Assembly (NCBI GenBank): GCA_040954595.2 | Contig: CM082597.2 | Location: 8,897,778-8,961,777, forward strand | Source: Balanoglossus misakiensis | Lineage: Eukaryota > Animalia > Hemichordata | Reading direction: 5' to 3' | Length of the DNA stretch: 64,000 nt | Shown here: one piece after another, positions 50,066 through 64,000 of the stretch | How the letters are laid out: each line of letters starts with the position of its first letter | Numbering within the stretch: the first letter of the stretch is position 1 | Made by a program: the position numbers and the translations under genes | Notes under the pieces: model-generated | What the model was told of the DNA's origin: nothing | Databases searched by the model: none | Seen by the model: the letters and a program-made list of their open reading frames with translations, nothing else

Positions 50066-53000
50066 CCATGATTTTTTTCAAAAATCGACGAAATTTTGAG
50101 ATTTTGCAAAGTCGAAATTTTGTCATTTTTTGATGATTTTCACCCGTCTTTTTTCAAAAATCGACGAAATTTTGAGATTTTGCAAAAGAGGAAAATTTGT
50201 CATTTTTTGATGATTTTCAACAATTTTTTTAAAAAATCGACGAAAATTTGAGATTTTGCAGTAAAAAATTTGTAATTTTTTGATGATTTTCACCGATGAT
50301 TTTTTTCAAAATTGACGAAATTTTGAGATTTTGCAGTCGAAAATATGTAATTTTTTGATGATTTTCCCCCATGATTTTTTTCAAAAATCGACGAAATTTT
50401 GAGATTTTGCAAAGTCCAAAATTTGTCATTTTTTGATGATTTTCACCCATGATTTTCTTCAAAAATCGACGAAATTTTGAGATTTTGCAAAGTCGAAAAT
50501 TTGTCATTTTTTGATGATTTTCACCCAATGTTTTTTTTTTCAAAAATGGACGAACCCATGATTTTTTTCAAAATCGACGAAATTTTGAGATTTTGCAAAG
50601 TCGAAAATTTGTCATTGTCATGATGATTTTCAACCATGATTTTTTTCAAAAATTGACGAAATTTTGAGATTTTGCAGTCAAAAATTTGTCATTTTTTGAT
50701 GATTTTCACCCATGATTTTTTTTCACAAATCGACGAAATTTTGAGATTTTGCAGTCGTAAATTTGTCATTTTTTAATGATTTTCCTCCATGATTTTTTTT
50801 CAAAAATCGACGAAATTTTGAGATTTTGCAAAGTCTAAAATTTGTCATTTTTTGATGATTTTCACCCATGTCTTTTTTCAAAAATCGACGAAATTTTGAG
50901 ATTTTGCAAAGAGGAAAATTTGTCATTTTTTGATGATTTTCAACAATGATTTTTTTTCAAAAATCGACGAAATTTTGAGATTTTGCAGTCAAAAATTTGT
51001 AATTTTTTGATGATTTTCAACAATTTTTTTAAAAAATCGACGAAAATTTGAGATTTTGCAGTAAAAAATTTGTCATTTTTGGATGATTTTCACCCATGAT
51101 TTTTTCAAAATTGGCAAAATTTTGAGATTTTGCAAAGTCGAAAATTTGTCATTTTTTGATGATTTTCACCCATGATTTTTTTTCACAAATCGACGAAATT
51201 TTGAGATTTTGTAGTCGTTAATTTGTCATTTTTTGATGATTTTCCCCCATGATTTTTTTCAAAAATCAACGAAATTTTGAGATTTTGCAAAGTCGAAAAT
51301 TTGTCATTTTTAGATGATTTTCACCCGTCTTTTTTCAAAAAATCGACGAAATTTTGAGATTTTGCAAAGAGGAAAATTTGTCATTTTTTGATAATTTTCA
51401 ACAATGATTTATTTCAAAAATCGACGAAATTTTGAGATTTTGCAGTCGAAAATTTGTCATTTTTTGATGATTTTCCCCCATGATTTTTTTCAAAAATCGA
51501 CGAAATTTTGAGATTTTGCAAAGTTGAAAATTTTTCAAAAATCGACGAAATTTATAGATTTTGCAAAGAGGAAAATTTGTCATTTTTTGATGATTTTCAC
51601 CCATGATTTTTTTCAAAATTGACGAAATTTTGAGTTTTTGCAGTCGAAAATTTGTCATTTTTTGATGATTTTCACCCGTTTTTTTTTCAAAAATCGACGA
51701 AATTTTGAGATTTTGCAGTCGAAAATTTGTCATTTTTTGATGATTTTCACCCATGATTTTTTCAAAATTGACGAAATTTTGAAATTTTGCAGTCGAAAAT
51801 TTGTCATTTTTTGATCATTTTCCCCATGATTTTTTTCAAAAATCGACGAAATTTTGAGATTTTGCAAAGTCGAAAATTTGTCATTTTTTGATGATTTTCA
51901 CCCTTGATTTTCTTCAAAAATCGACGAAATTTTGAGATTTTGCAAAGTCGAAAATTTGTCATTTTTTGATGATTTTCACCCATGATTTTTTTCAAAAATC
52001 GATGAAATTTTGAGATTTTGCAGTAAAAAAATTGTCATTATTTGATGATTTTCGACCATGATTTTTTTCAAAATTGACGAAATTTTGAGATTTTGCAGTC
52101 GAAAATTTGTCATTTTTTGATCATTTTCCCCCATGATTTTTTTCAAAAATCGACGAAATTTTCAGATTTTGCAAAGTCGAAAATTTGTCATTTTTTCATG
52201 ATTTTCACCCATGATTTTTTCAAAAATCGACGAAATTTTGAGATTTTGCAAAGTCGAAAATTTGTCATTTTTTGATGATTTTCACCCATGATTTTTTTCA
52301 AAATTGACGAAATTTTGAGTTTTTGCAGTCGAAAATTTGTCATTTTTTGATGATTTTCACCCGTTTTTTTTTCAAAAATCGACGAAATTTTGAGATTTTG
52401 CAGTCGAAAATTTGTCATTTTTTGATGATTTTCACCCATGATTTTTTCAAAATTGACGAAATTTTGAAATTTTGCAGTCGAAAATTTGTCATTTTTTGAT
52501 CATTTTCCCCATGATTTTTTTCAAAAATCGACGAAATTTTGAGATTTTGCAAAGTCGAAAATTTGTCATTTTTTGATGATTTTCACCCATGATTTTTTTC
52601 AAAAATCGATGAAATTTTGAGATTTTGCAGTAAAAAAATTGTCATTATTTGATGATTTTCGACCATGATTTTTTTCAAAATTGACGAAATTTTGAGATTT
52701 TGCAGTCGAAAATTTGTCATTTTTTGATCATTTTCCCCCATGATTTTTTTCAAAAATCGACGAAATTTTCAGATTTTGCAAAGTCGAAAATTTGTCATTT
52801 TTTCATGATTTTCACCCATGATTTTTTCAAAAATCGACGAAATTTTGAGATTTTGCAAAGTCGAAAATTTGTCATTTTTTGATGATTTTCACCCATGTCT
52901 TTTTTCAAAAATCGACGAAATTTTGAGATTTTGCAAAGAGGAAAATTTGTCATTTTTTGATGATTTTCACCCTTGATTTTCTTCAAAAATCGACGAAATT

Positions 53001-56000
53001 TTGAGATTTTGCAAAGTCGAAAATTTGTCATTTTTTGATGATTTTCACCCATGATTTTTTTCAAAAATCGATGAAATTTTGAGATTTTGCAGTAAAAAAA
53101 TTGTCATTATTTGATGATTTTCGACCATGATTTTTTTCAAAATTGACGAAATTTTGAGATTTTGCAGTCGAAAATTTGTCATTTTTTGATCATTTTCCCC
53201 CATGATTTTTTTCAAAAATCGACGAAATTTTCAGATTTTGCAAAGTCGAAAAATTGTCATTATTTGATGATTTTCAACAATGATTTTTTTCAAAAATCGA
53301 CGAAATTTTGAGATTTTGCAGTCAAAAATTTGTCATTTTTTGATGATTTTCAACAATTTTTTTAAAAAATCGACGAAAATTTGAGATTTTGCAGTAAAAA
53401 ATTTGTCATTTTTTGATGATTTTCACCCATGATTTTTTCAAAATTGGCAAAATTTTGAGATTTTGCAAAGTCGAAAATTTGTCATTTTTTGATGATTTTC
53501 ACCCATGATTTTTTTTCACAAATCGACGAAATTTTGAGATTTTGTAGTCGTAAATTTGTCATTTTTTGATGATTTTCCCCCATGATTTTTTTCAAAAATC
53601 AACGAAATTTTGAGATTTTGCAAAGTCGAAAATTTGTCATTTTTAGATGATTTTCACCCGTCTTTTTTCAAAAAATCGACGAAATTTTGAGATTTTGTAA
53701 AGAGGAAAATTTGTCATTTTTTGATAATTTTCAACAATGATTTATTTCAAAAATCGACGAAATTTTGAGATTTTGCAGTCGAAAATTTGTCATTTTTTGA
53801 TGATTTTCCCCCATGATTTTTTTCAAAAATCGACGAAATTTTGAGATTTTGCAAAGTTGAAAATTTTTCAAAAATCGACGAAATTTATAGATTTTGCAAA
53901 GAGGAAAATTTGTCATTTTTTGATGATTTTCACCCATGATTTTTTTCAAAATTGATGAAATTTTGAGTTTTTGCAGTCGAAAATTTGTCATTTTTTGATG
54001 ATTTTTACCCATGATTTTTTCAAAATTGACGAAATTTTGAAATTTTGCAGTCGAAAATTTGTCATTTTTTGATCATTTTCCCCCATGATTTTTTTCAAAA
54101 ATCGACGAAAATTTGAGATTTTGCAAAGTCGAAAATTTGTCATTTTTTGATGATTTTCACCCATGATTTTTCTCAAAAATCGACGAAATTTTCAGATTTT
54201 GCAAAGTCGAAAATTTGTCATTTTTTGATGATTTTCACCCATGATTTTTTTCAAAATTGACGAAATTTTGAGATTTTGCAAAGTCAAAAATTTGTCATTT
54301 TTTGATGATTTTCAACAATTTTTTTTAAAAAATCGACGAAAATTTGAGATTTTTCAGTCAAAAATTTGTCATTTTTTGATGATTTTCCCCCATGATTTTT
54401 TTCAAAAATCGACGAAATTTATAGATTTTGCAAAGAGGAAAATTTGTCATTTTTTGATGATTTTCACCCATGATTTTTTTCAAAATTGACGAAATTTTGA
54501 GTTTTTGCAGTCGAAAATTTGTCATTTTTTGATCATTTTCCCCATGATTTTTTTCAAAAATCGACGAAATTTTGAGATTTTGCAAAGTCGAAAATTTGTC
54601 ATTTTTTGATGATTTTCACCCTTGATTTTCTTCAAAAATCGACGAAATTTTGAGATTTTGCAAAGTCGAAAATTTATCATTTTCACCCATGATTTTTTTC
54701 AAAAATCGATGAAATTTTGAGATTTTGCAGTAAAAAAATTGTCATTTTTTGATGATTTTCCCCCATGATTTTTTTCAAAATTGACGAAATTTTGAGATTT
54801 TGCAGTCGAAAATTTGTCATTTTTTGATCATTTTCCCCCATGATTTTTTTCAAAAATCGACGAAATTTTCAGATTTTGCAAAGTCGAAAATTTGTCATTT
54901 TTTCATGATTTTCACCCATGATTTTTTCAAAAATCGACGAAATTTTGAGATTTTGCAGTCGAAAATTTGTAATTTTTTGATGATTTTCCCCCATGATTTT
55001 TTTCAAAAATCGACGAAATTTTGAGATTTTGCAAAGTCGAAAATTTGTCATTTTTTGATGATTTTCACCCATGATTTTCTTCAAAAATCGACGAAATTTT
55101 GAGATTTTGCAAAGTCGAAAATTTGTCATTTTTTGATGATTTTCACCCATGATTTTTTTCAAAAATCGACGAAATTTTGAGATTTTGCAAAGTCGAAAAT
55201 TTGTCATTTTTTGATGATTTTCACCCATGATTTTTTTCAAAAATCGACGAAATGTTGAGATTTTGCAAAGTCGAAAATTTTGTCATTTTTTGATGATTTT
55301 CAACCATGATTTTTTTTCAAAAATCGACGAAAATTTGAGATTTTGCAAAGATGAAAATTTGTCATTTTTGATGATTTTTACCCATTATTTTTTTTCAGAA
55401 ATGGACGAAATTTTGAGATTTTGCAAAGTCGAAAATGTGTCATTTTTTGATGATTTTCACCCGTTTTTTTTCAAAATTTGTCATCTTTTCATGATTTTCA
55501 CCCATGATTTTTTTCAAAAATCGACGAAATTTTGAGATTTTGCAAAGTCGAAAATTTGTCATTTTTTGATGATTTTCACCCATGATTTTTTTCAAAAATC
55601 GACGAAATTTTGAGATTTTGCAAAGTCGAAAATGTGTCATTTTTTGATGATTTTCACCCATGTTTTTTTTTAAAAAATCGACGAATCTAAGATTTTTTTC
55701 AAAATCGACGAAATTTTGTGATTTTGCAAAGTCGAAAATTTTGTCATTTTTTGATGATTTTCAACCATTATTTTTTTTCAAAAATCGACGAAAATTTGAG
55801 ATTTTGCAAAGATGAAAATTTGTCATTTTTGATGATTTTTACCCATAATTTTTTTTCAGAAATGGACGAAATTTTGAGATTTTGCAAAGTCGAAAATGTG
55901 TCATTTTTTGATGATTTTCACCCGTTTTTTTTTCAAAATTTGTCATTTTTTCATGATTTTCACCCATGATTTTTTTCAAAAATCGACGAAATTTTGAGAT

Positions 56001-59000
56001 TTTGCAAAGTCGAAAATTTGTCATTTTTTGATGATTTTCACCCATGATTTTTTTCAAAAATCGACGAAATTTTGAGATTTTGCAAAGTCGAAAATGTGTC
56101 ATTTTTTGATGATTTTCACCCATGTTTTTTTTTTAAAAATCGACGAACCTATGATTTTTTTCAAAATCGACGAAATTTTGTGATTTTGCAAAGTCGAAAA
56201 TTTTGTCATTTTTTGATGATTTTCAACCATGATTTTTTTTCAAAAATCGACGAAATTTTGAGATTTTGCAAAATCGAAAATTTGTCATTTTTTGATGATT
56301 TTCCCCCAATGTTTTTTTTCAAAATCGACGAAATTTTGAGATTTTGCAAAGTCGAAAATTTGTCATTTTTTGATGATTTTCCCCCATGATTTTTTTTCAA
56401 AAATGGACGAAATTTTGAGATTTTGCAAAGACGAAAATTTGTCATTTTTTGATGATTTTCAACCATGATTTTTTTTCAAAAATCGACGAAATTTTGAGAT
56501 TTTGCAAAGTCGAAAATGTGTCATTTTTTGATGATTTTCACCCGTTTTTTTTCAAAATTTGTCATTTTTTGATGATTTTCACCCATGATTTTTTTTCAAA
56601 AATCGACGAAATTTTGAGATTTTGCAAAGTCGAAAATGTGTCATTTTTTGATGATTTTCACCCATGATTTTTTTCAAAAATCGACGAAATTTTGAGATTT
56701 TGCGAAGTCGAAAATTTGTCATTTTTTGATGATTTTCACCCATGATTTTTTTCAAAAATCGACGAAATGTTGAGATTTTGCAAAGTCGAAAATGTGTCAT
56801 TTTTTGATGATTTTCACCCATGATTTTTTTCAAAAATCGACGAAATTTTTAGATTTTGCGAAGTCGAAAATTTGTCATTTTTTGATGATTTTCAACCATT
56901 ATTTTTTTTCAAAAATCGACGAAAATTTGAGATTTTGCAAAGATGAAAATTTGTCATTTTTGATGATTTTTACCCATAATTTTTTTTCAGAAATGGACGA
57001 AATTTTGTGATTTTGCAAAGTCGAAAATTTTGTCATTTTTTGATGATTTTCAACCATGATTTTTTTTCAAAAATCGACGAAATTTTGTGATTTTACAAAG
57101 TCGAAAAATTTGTCATTTTTTGATGATTTTCACCCATGATTTTTTTTCAAAAAACGACGAAATTTTGAGATTTTGCAAAGAGGAAAATTTGTCATTTTTT
57201 CATGATTTTCACCCATGATTTTTTTCAAAAATCGACGAAATTTTGAGATTTTGCAAAGACGAAAATTTGTCATTTTTGATGATTTTTACCCATGATTTTT
57301 TTTCAAAAATGGACGAAATTTTGAGATTTTGCAAAGACGAAAATTTGTCATTTTTTGATGATTTTCACCAATGATTTTTTTTCAAAAAACGACGAAATTT
57401 TGAGATTTTGCAGAGGAAAATGTGTCATTTTTTGATGATTTTCACCCGTTTTTTTTTTCAAAATTTGTCATTTTTTGATGATTTTCTCCCATGATTTTTT
57501 TCAAAAATTGACGAAATTTTGAGATTTTGCAAAGTCGAAAATTTGTCATTTTTTGATGATTTTCACCCATGATTTTTTTTCAAAAATCGACGAAATTTTG
57601 AGATTTTGCAAAGTCGAAAATTTGTCATTTTTTGATGATTTTCCCCCATGTTTTTTTTTTTAAATGGACGAAATTTTGAGATTTTGCAATGACGAAAATT
57701 TGTTATTTTTTGATGATTTTCAACCATGATTTTTTTTCAAAAATCGACGAAATTTTGAGATTTTGCAAAGTCGAAAATGTGTCATTTTTTGATGATTTTC
57801 ACCCGTTTTTTTTCAAAATTTGTCATTTTTTGATGATTTTCACCCATGATTTTTTTTCAAAAATCGACGAAATTTTGAGATTTTGCAAAGTCGAAAATGT
57901 GTCATTTTTTGATGATTTTCACCCATGATTTTTTTCAAAAATCGACGAAATTTTGAGATTTTGCGAAGTCGAAAATTTGTCATTTTTTGATGATTTTCAC
58001 CCATGATTTTTTTCAAAAATCGACGAAATGTTGAGATTTTGCAAAGTCGAAAATTTTGTCATTTTTTGATGATTTTCAACCATGATTTTTTTCAAAAATC
58101 GACTAAATGTTGAGATTTTGCAAAGTCGAAAATGTGTCATTTTTGGATGATTTTCACCCGTTTTTTTTTCAAAATTTGTCATTTTTTCATGATTTTCACC
58201 CATGATTTTTTTCAAAAATCGACGAAATTTTGTGATTTTGCAAAGTCGAAAATTTTGTCATTTTTTGATGATTTTCAACCATGATTTTTTTTCAAAAATC
58301 GACGAAATTTTGTGATTTTACAAAGTCGAAAAATTTGTCATTTTTTCATGATTTTCCCCCATGATTTTTTTCAAAAATCGACGAAAATTTGAGATTTTGC
58401 AAAGACGAAAATTTGTCATTTTTGATGATTTTTACCCATGATTTTTTTTCAAAAATGGACGAAATTTTGAGATTTTGCAAAGACGAAAATTTGTCATTTT
58501 TTGATGATTTTCACCCATGATTTTTTTTCAAAAAACGACGAAATTTTGATATTTTGCAAAGAGGAAAATTTGTCATTTTTTCATGATTTTCACCCATGAT
58601 TTTTTTCAAAAATCGACGAAATTTTGAGATTTTGCAAAGAGGAAAATTTGTCATTTTTTCATGATTTTCCCCCATGATTTTTTTCAAAAATCGACGAAAA
58701 TTTGAGATTTTGCAAAGACGAAAATTTGTCATTTTTGATGATTTTTACCCATGATTTTTTTTCAAAAATGGACGAAATTTTGAGATTTTGCAAAGACGAA
58801 AATTTGTCATTTTTTGATGATTTTCACCAATGATTTTTTTTCAAAAAACGACGAAATTTTGAGATTTTGCAGAGGAAAATGTGTCATTTTTTGATGATTT
58901 TCACCCGTTTTTTTTTTTCAAAATTTGTCATTTTTTGATGATTTTCTCCCATGATTTTTTTCAAAAATTGACGAAATTTTGAGATTTTGCAAAGTCGAAA

Positions 59001-62000
59001 ATTTGTCATTTTTTGATGATTTTCACCCATGATTTTTTTCAAAAATCGACGAAATTTTGAGATTTTGCAAAGTCGAAAATGTGTCATTTTTTGATGATTT
59101 TCACCCATGTTTTTTTTTTAAAAATCGACGAACCTATGATTTTTTTCAAAATCGACGAAATTTTGTGATTTTGCAAAGTCGAAAATTTTGTCATTTTTTG
59201 ATGATTTTCAACCATGATTTTTTTTCAAAAATCGACGAAATTTTGAGATTTTGCAAAATCGAAAATTTGTCATTTTTTGATGATTTTCCCCCAATGTTTT
59301 TTTTCAAAATCGACGAAATTTTGAGATTTTGCAAAGTCGAAAATTTGTCATTTTTTGATGATTTTCCCCCATGATTTTTTTTCAAAAATGGACGAAATTT
59401 TGAGATTTTGCAAAGACGAAAATTTGTCATTTTTTGATGATTTTCAACCATGATTTTTTTTCAAAAATCGACGAAATTTTGAGATTTTGCAAAGTCGAAA
59501 ATGTGTCATTTTTTGATGATTTTCACCCGTTTTTTTCAAAATTTGTCATTTTTTGATGATTTTCACCCATGATTTTTTTTCAAAAATCGACGAAATTTTG
59601 AGATTTTGCAAAGTCGAAAATGTGTCATTTTTTGATGATTTTCACCCATGATTTTTTTCAAAAATCGACGAAATGTTGAGATTTTGCAAAGTCGAAAATT
59701 TTGTCATTTTTTGATGATTTTCAACCATGATTTTTTTCAAAAATCGACTAAATGTTGAGATTTTGCAAAGTCGAAAATGTGTCATTTTTTGATGATTTTC
59801 ACCCGTTTTTTTTTCAAAATTTGTCATTTTTTCATGATTTTCACCCATGATTTTTTTCAAAAATCGACGAAATTTTGTGATTTTGCAAAGTCGAAAATTT
59901 TGTCATTTTTTGATGATTTTCAACCATGATTTTTTTTCAAAAATCGACGAAATTTTGTGATTTTACAAAGTCGAAAAATTTGTCATTTTTTCATGATTTT
60001 CCCCCATGTTTTTTTTTTTAAATGGACGAAATTTTGAGATTTTGCAATGACGAAAATTTGTTATTTTTTGATGATTTTCAACCATGATTTTTTTTCAAAA
60101 ATCGACGAAATTTTGAGATTTTGCAAAGTCGAAAATGTGTCATTTTTTGATGATTTTCACCCGTTTTTTTTCAAAATTTGTCATTTTTTGATGATTTTCA
60201 CCCATGATTTTTTTTCAAAAATCGACGAAATTTTGAGATTTTGCAAAGTCGAAAATGTGTCATTTTTTGATGATTTTCACCCATGATTTTTTTCAAAAAT
60301 CGACGAAATTTTGAGATTTTGCGAAGTCGAAAATTTGTCATTTTTTGATGATTTTCACCCATGATTTTTTTCAAAAATCGACGAAATGTTGAGATTTTGC
60401 AAAGTCGAAAATTTTGTCATTTTTTGATGATTTTCAACCATGATTTTTTTCAAAAATCGACTAAATGTTGAGATTTTGCAAAGTCGAAAATGTGTCATTT
60501 TTGGATGATTTTCACCCGTTTTTTTTTCAAAATTTGTCATTTTTTCATGATTTTCACCCATGATTTTTTTCAAAAATCGACGAAAATTTGTGATTTTGCA
60601 AAGTCGAAAATTTTGTCATTTTTTGATGATTTTCAACCATGATTTTTTTTCAAAAATCGACGAAATTTTGTGATTTTACAAAGTCGAAAAATTTGTCATT
60701 TTTTCATGATTTTCCCCCATGATTTTTTTCAAAAATCGACGAAAATTTGAGATTTTGCAAAGACGAAAATTTGTCATTTTTGATGATTTTTACCCATGAT
60801 TTTTTTTCAAAAATGGACGAAATTTTGAGATTTTGCAAAGACGAAAATTTGTCATTTTTTGATGATTTTCACCCATGATTTTTTTTCAAAAAACGACGAA
60901 ATTTTGATATTTTGCAAAGAGGAAAATTTGTCATTTTTTCATGATTTTCACCCATGATTTTTTTCAAAAATCGACGAAATTTTGAGATTTTGCAAAGAGG
61001 AAAATTTGTCATTTTTTCATGATTTTCCCCCATGATTTTTTTCAAAAATCGACGAAAATTTGAGATTTTGCAAAGACGAAAATTTGTCATTTTTGATGAT
61101 TTTTACCCATGATTTTTTTTCAAAAATGGACGAAATTTTGAGATTTTGCAAAGACGAAAATTTGTCATTTTTTGATGATTTTCACCAATGATTTTTTTTC
61201 AAAAAACGACGAAATTTTGAGATTTTGCAGAGGAAAATGTGTCATTTTTTGATGATTTTCACCCGTTTTTTTTTTCAAAATTTGTCATTTTTTGATGATT
61301 TTCTCCCATGATTTTTTTCAAAAATTGACGAAATTTTGAGATTTTGCAAAGTCGAAAATTTGTCATTTTTTGATGATTTTCACCCATGATTTTTTTCAAA
61401 AATCGACGAAATTTTGAGATTTTGCAAAGTCGAAAATGTGTCATTTTTTGATGATTTTCACCCATGTTTTTTTTTTAAAAATCGACGAACCTATGATTTT
61501 TTTCAAAATCGACGAAATTTTGTGATTTTGCAAAGTCGAAAATTTTGTCATTTTTTGATGATTTTCAACCATGATTTTTTTTCAAAAATCGACGAAATTT
61601 TGAGATTTTGCAAAATCGAAAATTTGTCATTTTTTGATGATTTTCCCCCAATGTTTTTTTTCAAAATCGACGAAATTTTGAGATTTTGCAAAGTCGAAAA
61701 TTTGTCATTTTTTGATGATTTTCCCCCATGATTTTTTTTCAAAAATGGACGAAATTTTGAGATTTTGCAAAGACGAAAATTTGTCATTTTTTGATGATTT
61801 TCAACCATGATTTTTTTCAAAAATCGATGAAATTTTGAGATTTTGCAGTAAAAAAATTGTCATTATTTGATGATTTTCGACCATGATTTTTTTCAAAATT
61901 GACGAAATTTTGAGATTTTGCAGTCGAAAATTTGTCATTTTTTGATCATTTTCCCCCATGATTTTTTTCAAAAATCGACGAAATTTTCAGATTTTGCAAA

Positions 62001-64000
62001 GTCGAAAAATTGTCATTATTTGATGATTTTCAACAATGATTTTTTTCAAAAATCGACGAAATTTTGAGATTTTGCAGTCAAAAATTTGTCATTTTTTGAT
62101 GATTTTCAACAATTTTTTTAAAAAATCGACGAAAATTTGAGATTTTGCAGTAAAAAATTTGTCATTTTTTGATGATTTTCACCCATGATTTTTTCAAAAT
62201 TGGCAAAATTTTGAGATTTTGCAAAGTCGAAAATTTGTCATTTTTTGATGATTTTCACCCATGATTTTTTTCACAAATCGACGAAATTTTGAGATTTTGT
62301 AGTCGTAAATTTGTCATTTTTTGATGATTTTCCCCCATGATTTTTTTCAAAAATCAACGAAATTTTGAGATTTTGCAAAGTCGAAAATTTGTCATTTTTA
62401 GATGATTTTCACCCGTCTTTTTTCAAAAAATCGACGAAATTTTGAGATTTTGTAAAGAGGAAAATTTGTCATTTTTGATAATTTTCATCAATGATTTATT
62501 TCAAAAATCGACGAAATTTTGAGATTTTGCAGTCGAAAATTTGTCATTTTTTGATGATTTTCCCCATGATTTTTTTCAAAAATCGACGAAATATTTGAGA
62601 TTTTGCAAAGTTGAAAATTTTTCAAAAATCGACGAAATTTATAGATTTTGCAAAGAGGAAAATTTGTCATTTTTGATGATTTTCACCCGTTTTTTTTTCA
62701 AAAATCGACGAAATTTTGAGATTTTGCAGTCGAAAATTTGTCATTTTTTGATGATTTTCACCCTTGATTTTCTTCAAAAATCGACGAAATTTTGAGATTT
62801 TGCAAAGTCGAAAATTTGTCATTTTTTGATGATTTTCACCCATGATTTTTTTCAAAATTGACGAAATTTTGAGATTGTGCAAAGTCAAAAATTTGTCATT
62901 TTTTGATGATTTTCACCCATGATTTTTTTTCACAAATCGACGAAATTTTGAGATTTTGTAGTCGTAAATTTGTCATTTTTGATGATTTTCCCCCATGATT
63001 TTTTCAAAAATCAACGAAATTTTGAGATTTTGCAAAGTCGAAAATTTGTCATGTTTAGATGATTTTCACCCGTCTTTTTTCAAAAAATCGACGAAATTTT
63101 GAGATTTTGCAAAGAGGAAAATTTGTCAATTTTTGATAATTTTCAACAATGATTTATTTCAAAAATCGACGAAATTTTGAGATTTTGCAGTCGAAAATTT
63201 GTCATTTTTTGATGATTTTCCCCCATGATTTTTTTCAAAAATCGACGAAATTTTGAGATTTTGCAAAGTTGAAAATTTTTCAAAAATCGACGAAATTTAT
63301 AGATTTTGCAGTCGAAAATTTGTCATTTTTTGATGATTTTCCCCCATGATTTTTTTCAAAAATCGACGAAAATTTGAGATTTTGCAAAGTCGAAAATTTG
63401 TCATTTTTTGATGATTTTCACCCATGATTTTTCTCAAAAATCGACGAAATTTTCAGATTTTGCAAAGTCGAAAATTTGTCATTTTTTGATGATTTTCACC
63501 CATGATTTTTTTCAAAATTGACGAAATTTTGAGATTTTGCAAAGTCAAAAATTTGTCATTTTTTGATGATTTTCAACAATTTTTTTTAAAAAATCGACGA
63601 AAATTTGAGATTTTTCAGTCAAAAATTTGTCATTTTTTGATGATTTTCCCCCATGATTTTTTTCAAAAATCGACGAAATTTATAGATTTTGCAAAGAGGA
63701 AAATTTGTCATTTTTTGATGATTTTCACCCATGATTTTTTTCAAAATTGACGAAATTTTGAGTTTTTGCAGTCGAAAATTTGTCATTTTTTGATCATTTT
63801 CCCCATGATTTTTTTCAAAAATCGACGAAATTTTGAGATTTTGCAAAGACGAAAATTTGTCATTTTTGATGATTTTTACCCATGATTTTTTTTCAAAAAT
63901 GGACGAAATTTTGAGATTTTGCAAAGACGAAAATTTGTCATTTTTTGATGATTTTCACCCATGATTTTTTTTCAAAAAACGACGAAATTTTGAGATTTTG
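50066..64000. repeat. AT-rich satellite, ~78-bp monomer (76-79); runs off the right edge
   Basis: Consensus CCATGATTTTTTTCAAAAATCGACGAAATTTTGAGATTTTGCAAAGTCGAAAATTTGTCATTTTTTGATGATTTTCAC; 26-aa periodicity in spurious ORFs. Confidence 0.98.

Noticed and set aside
50229-63924. K/F/N-rich ORFs in the right satellite
   Set aside because: Translations of the 78-bp monomer, constantly broken by homopolymer-length indels.

Overview
Eukaryotic genomic DNA with GT-AG introns and a high repeat load; a marine invertebrate source is my inference. (1) 1-12796 is a 90-bp satellite with a 74/75-bp variant monomer. (2) About 12.8-45 kb holds a minus-strand, multi-exon gene with C-type lectin, CUB, four sushi and two EGF-Ca exons, in the domain order and with the motifs of the N-terminal part of Drosophila Uninflatable (uif). 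It carries several disabling lesions, so it is probably a pseudogene. A 4090-bp intragenic block is present as four near-identical tandem copies (18499-36363), and the introns are full of MITEs, Helentron-associated elements and hairpin-ended elements. (3) About 45.4-50 kb holds a Helentron-like repeat region, interrupted by a 5'-truncated dead LINE that itself carries a TTAA-flanked 795-bp TIR element. (4) 50066-64000 is an AT-rich ~78-bp satellite. The most distinctive observation is two sequence-unrelated non-coding elements with the same design: a terminal hairpin with three tandem GA/GA mismatches and a C(GCA)G triloop, followed by a short inverted repeat whose partner is the far terminus. 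One of them is present in only one of the four tandem copies, with no target-site duplication. No prokaryotic features, CRISPR arrays or RNA genes were seen.
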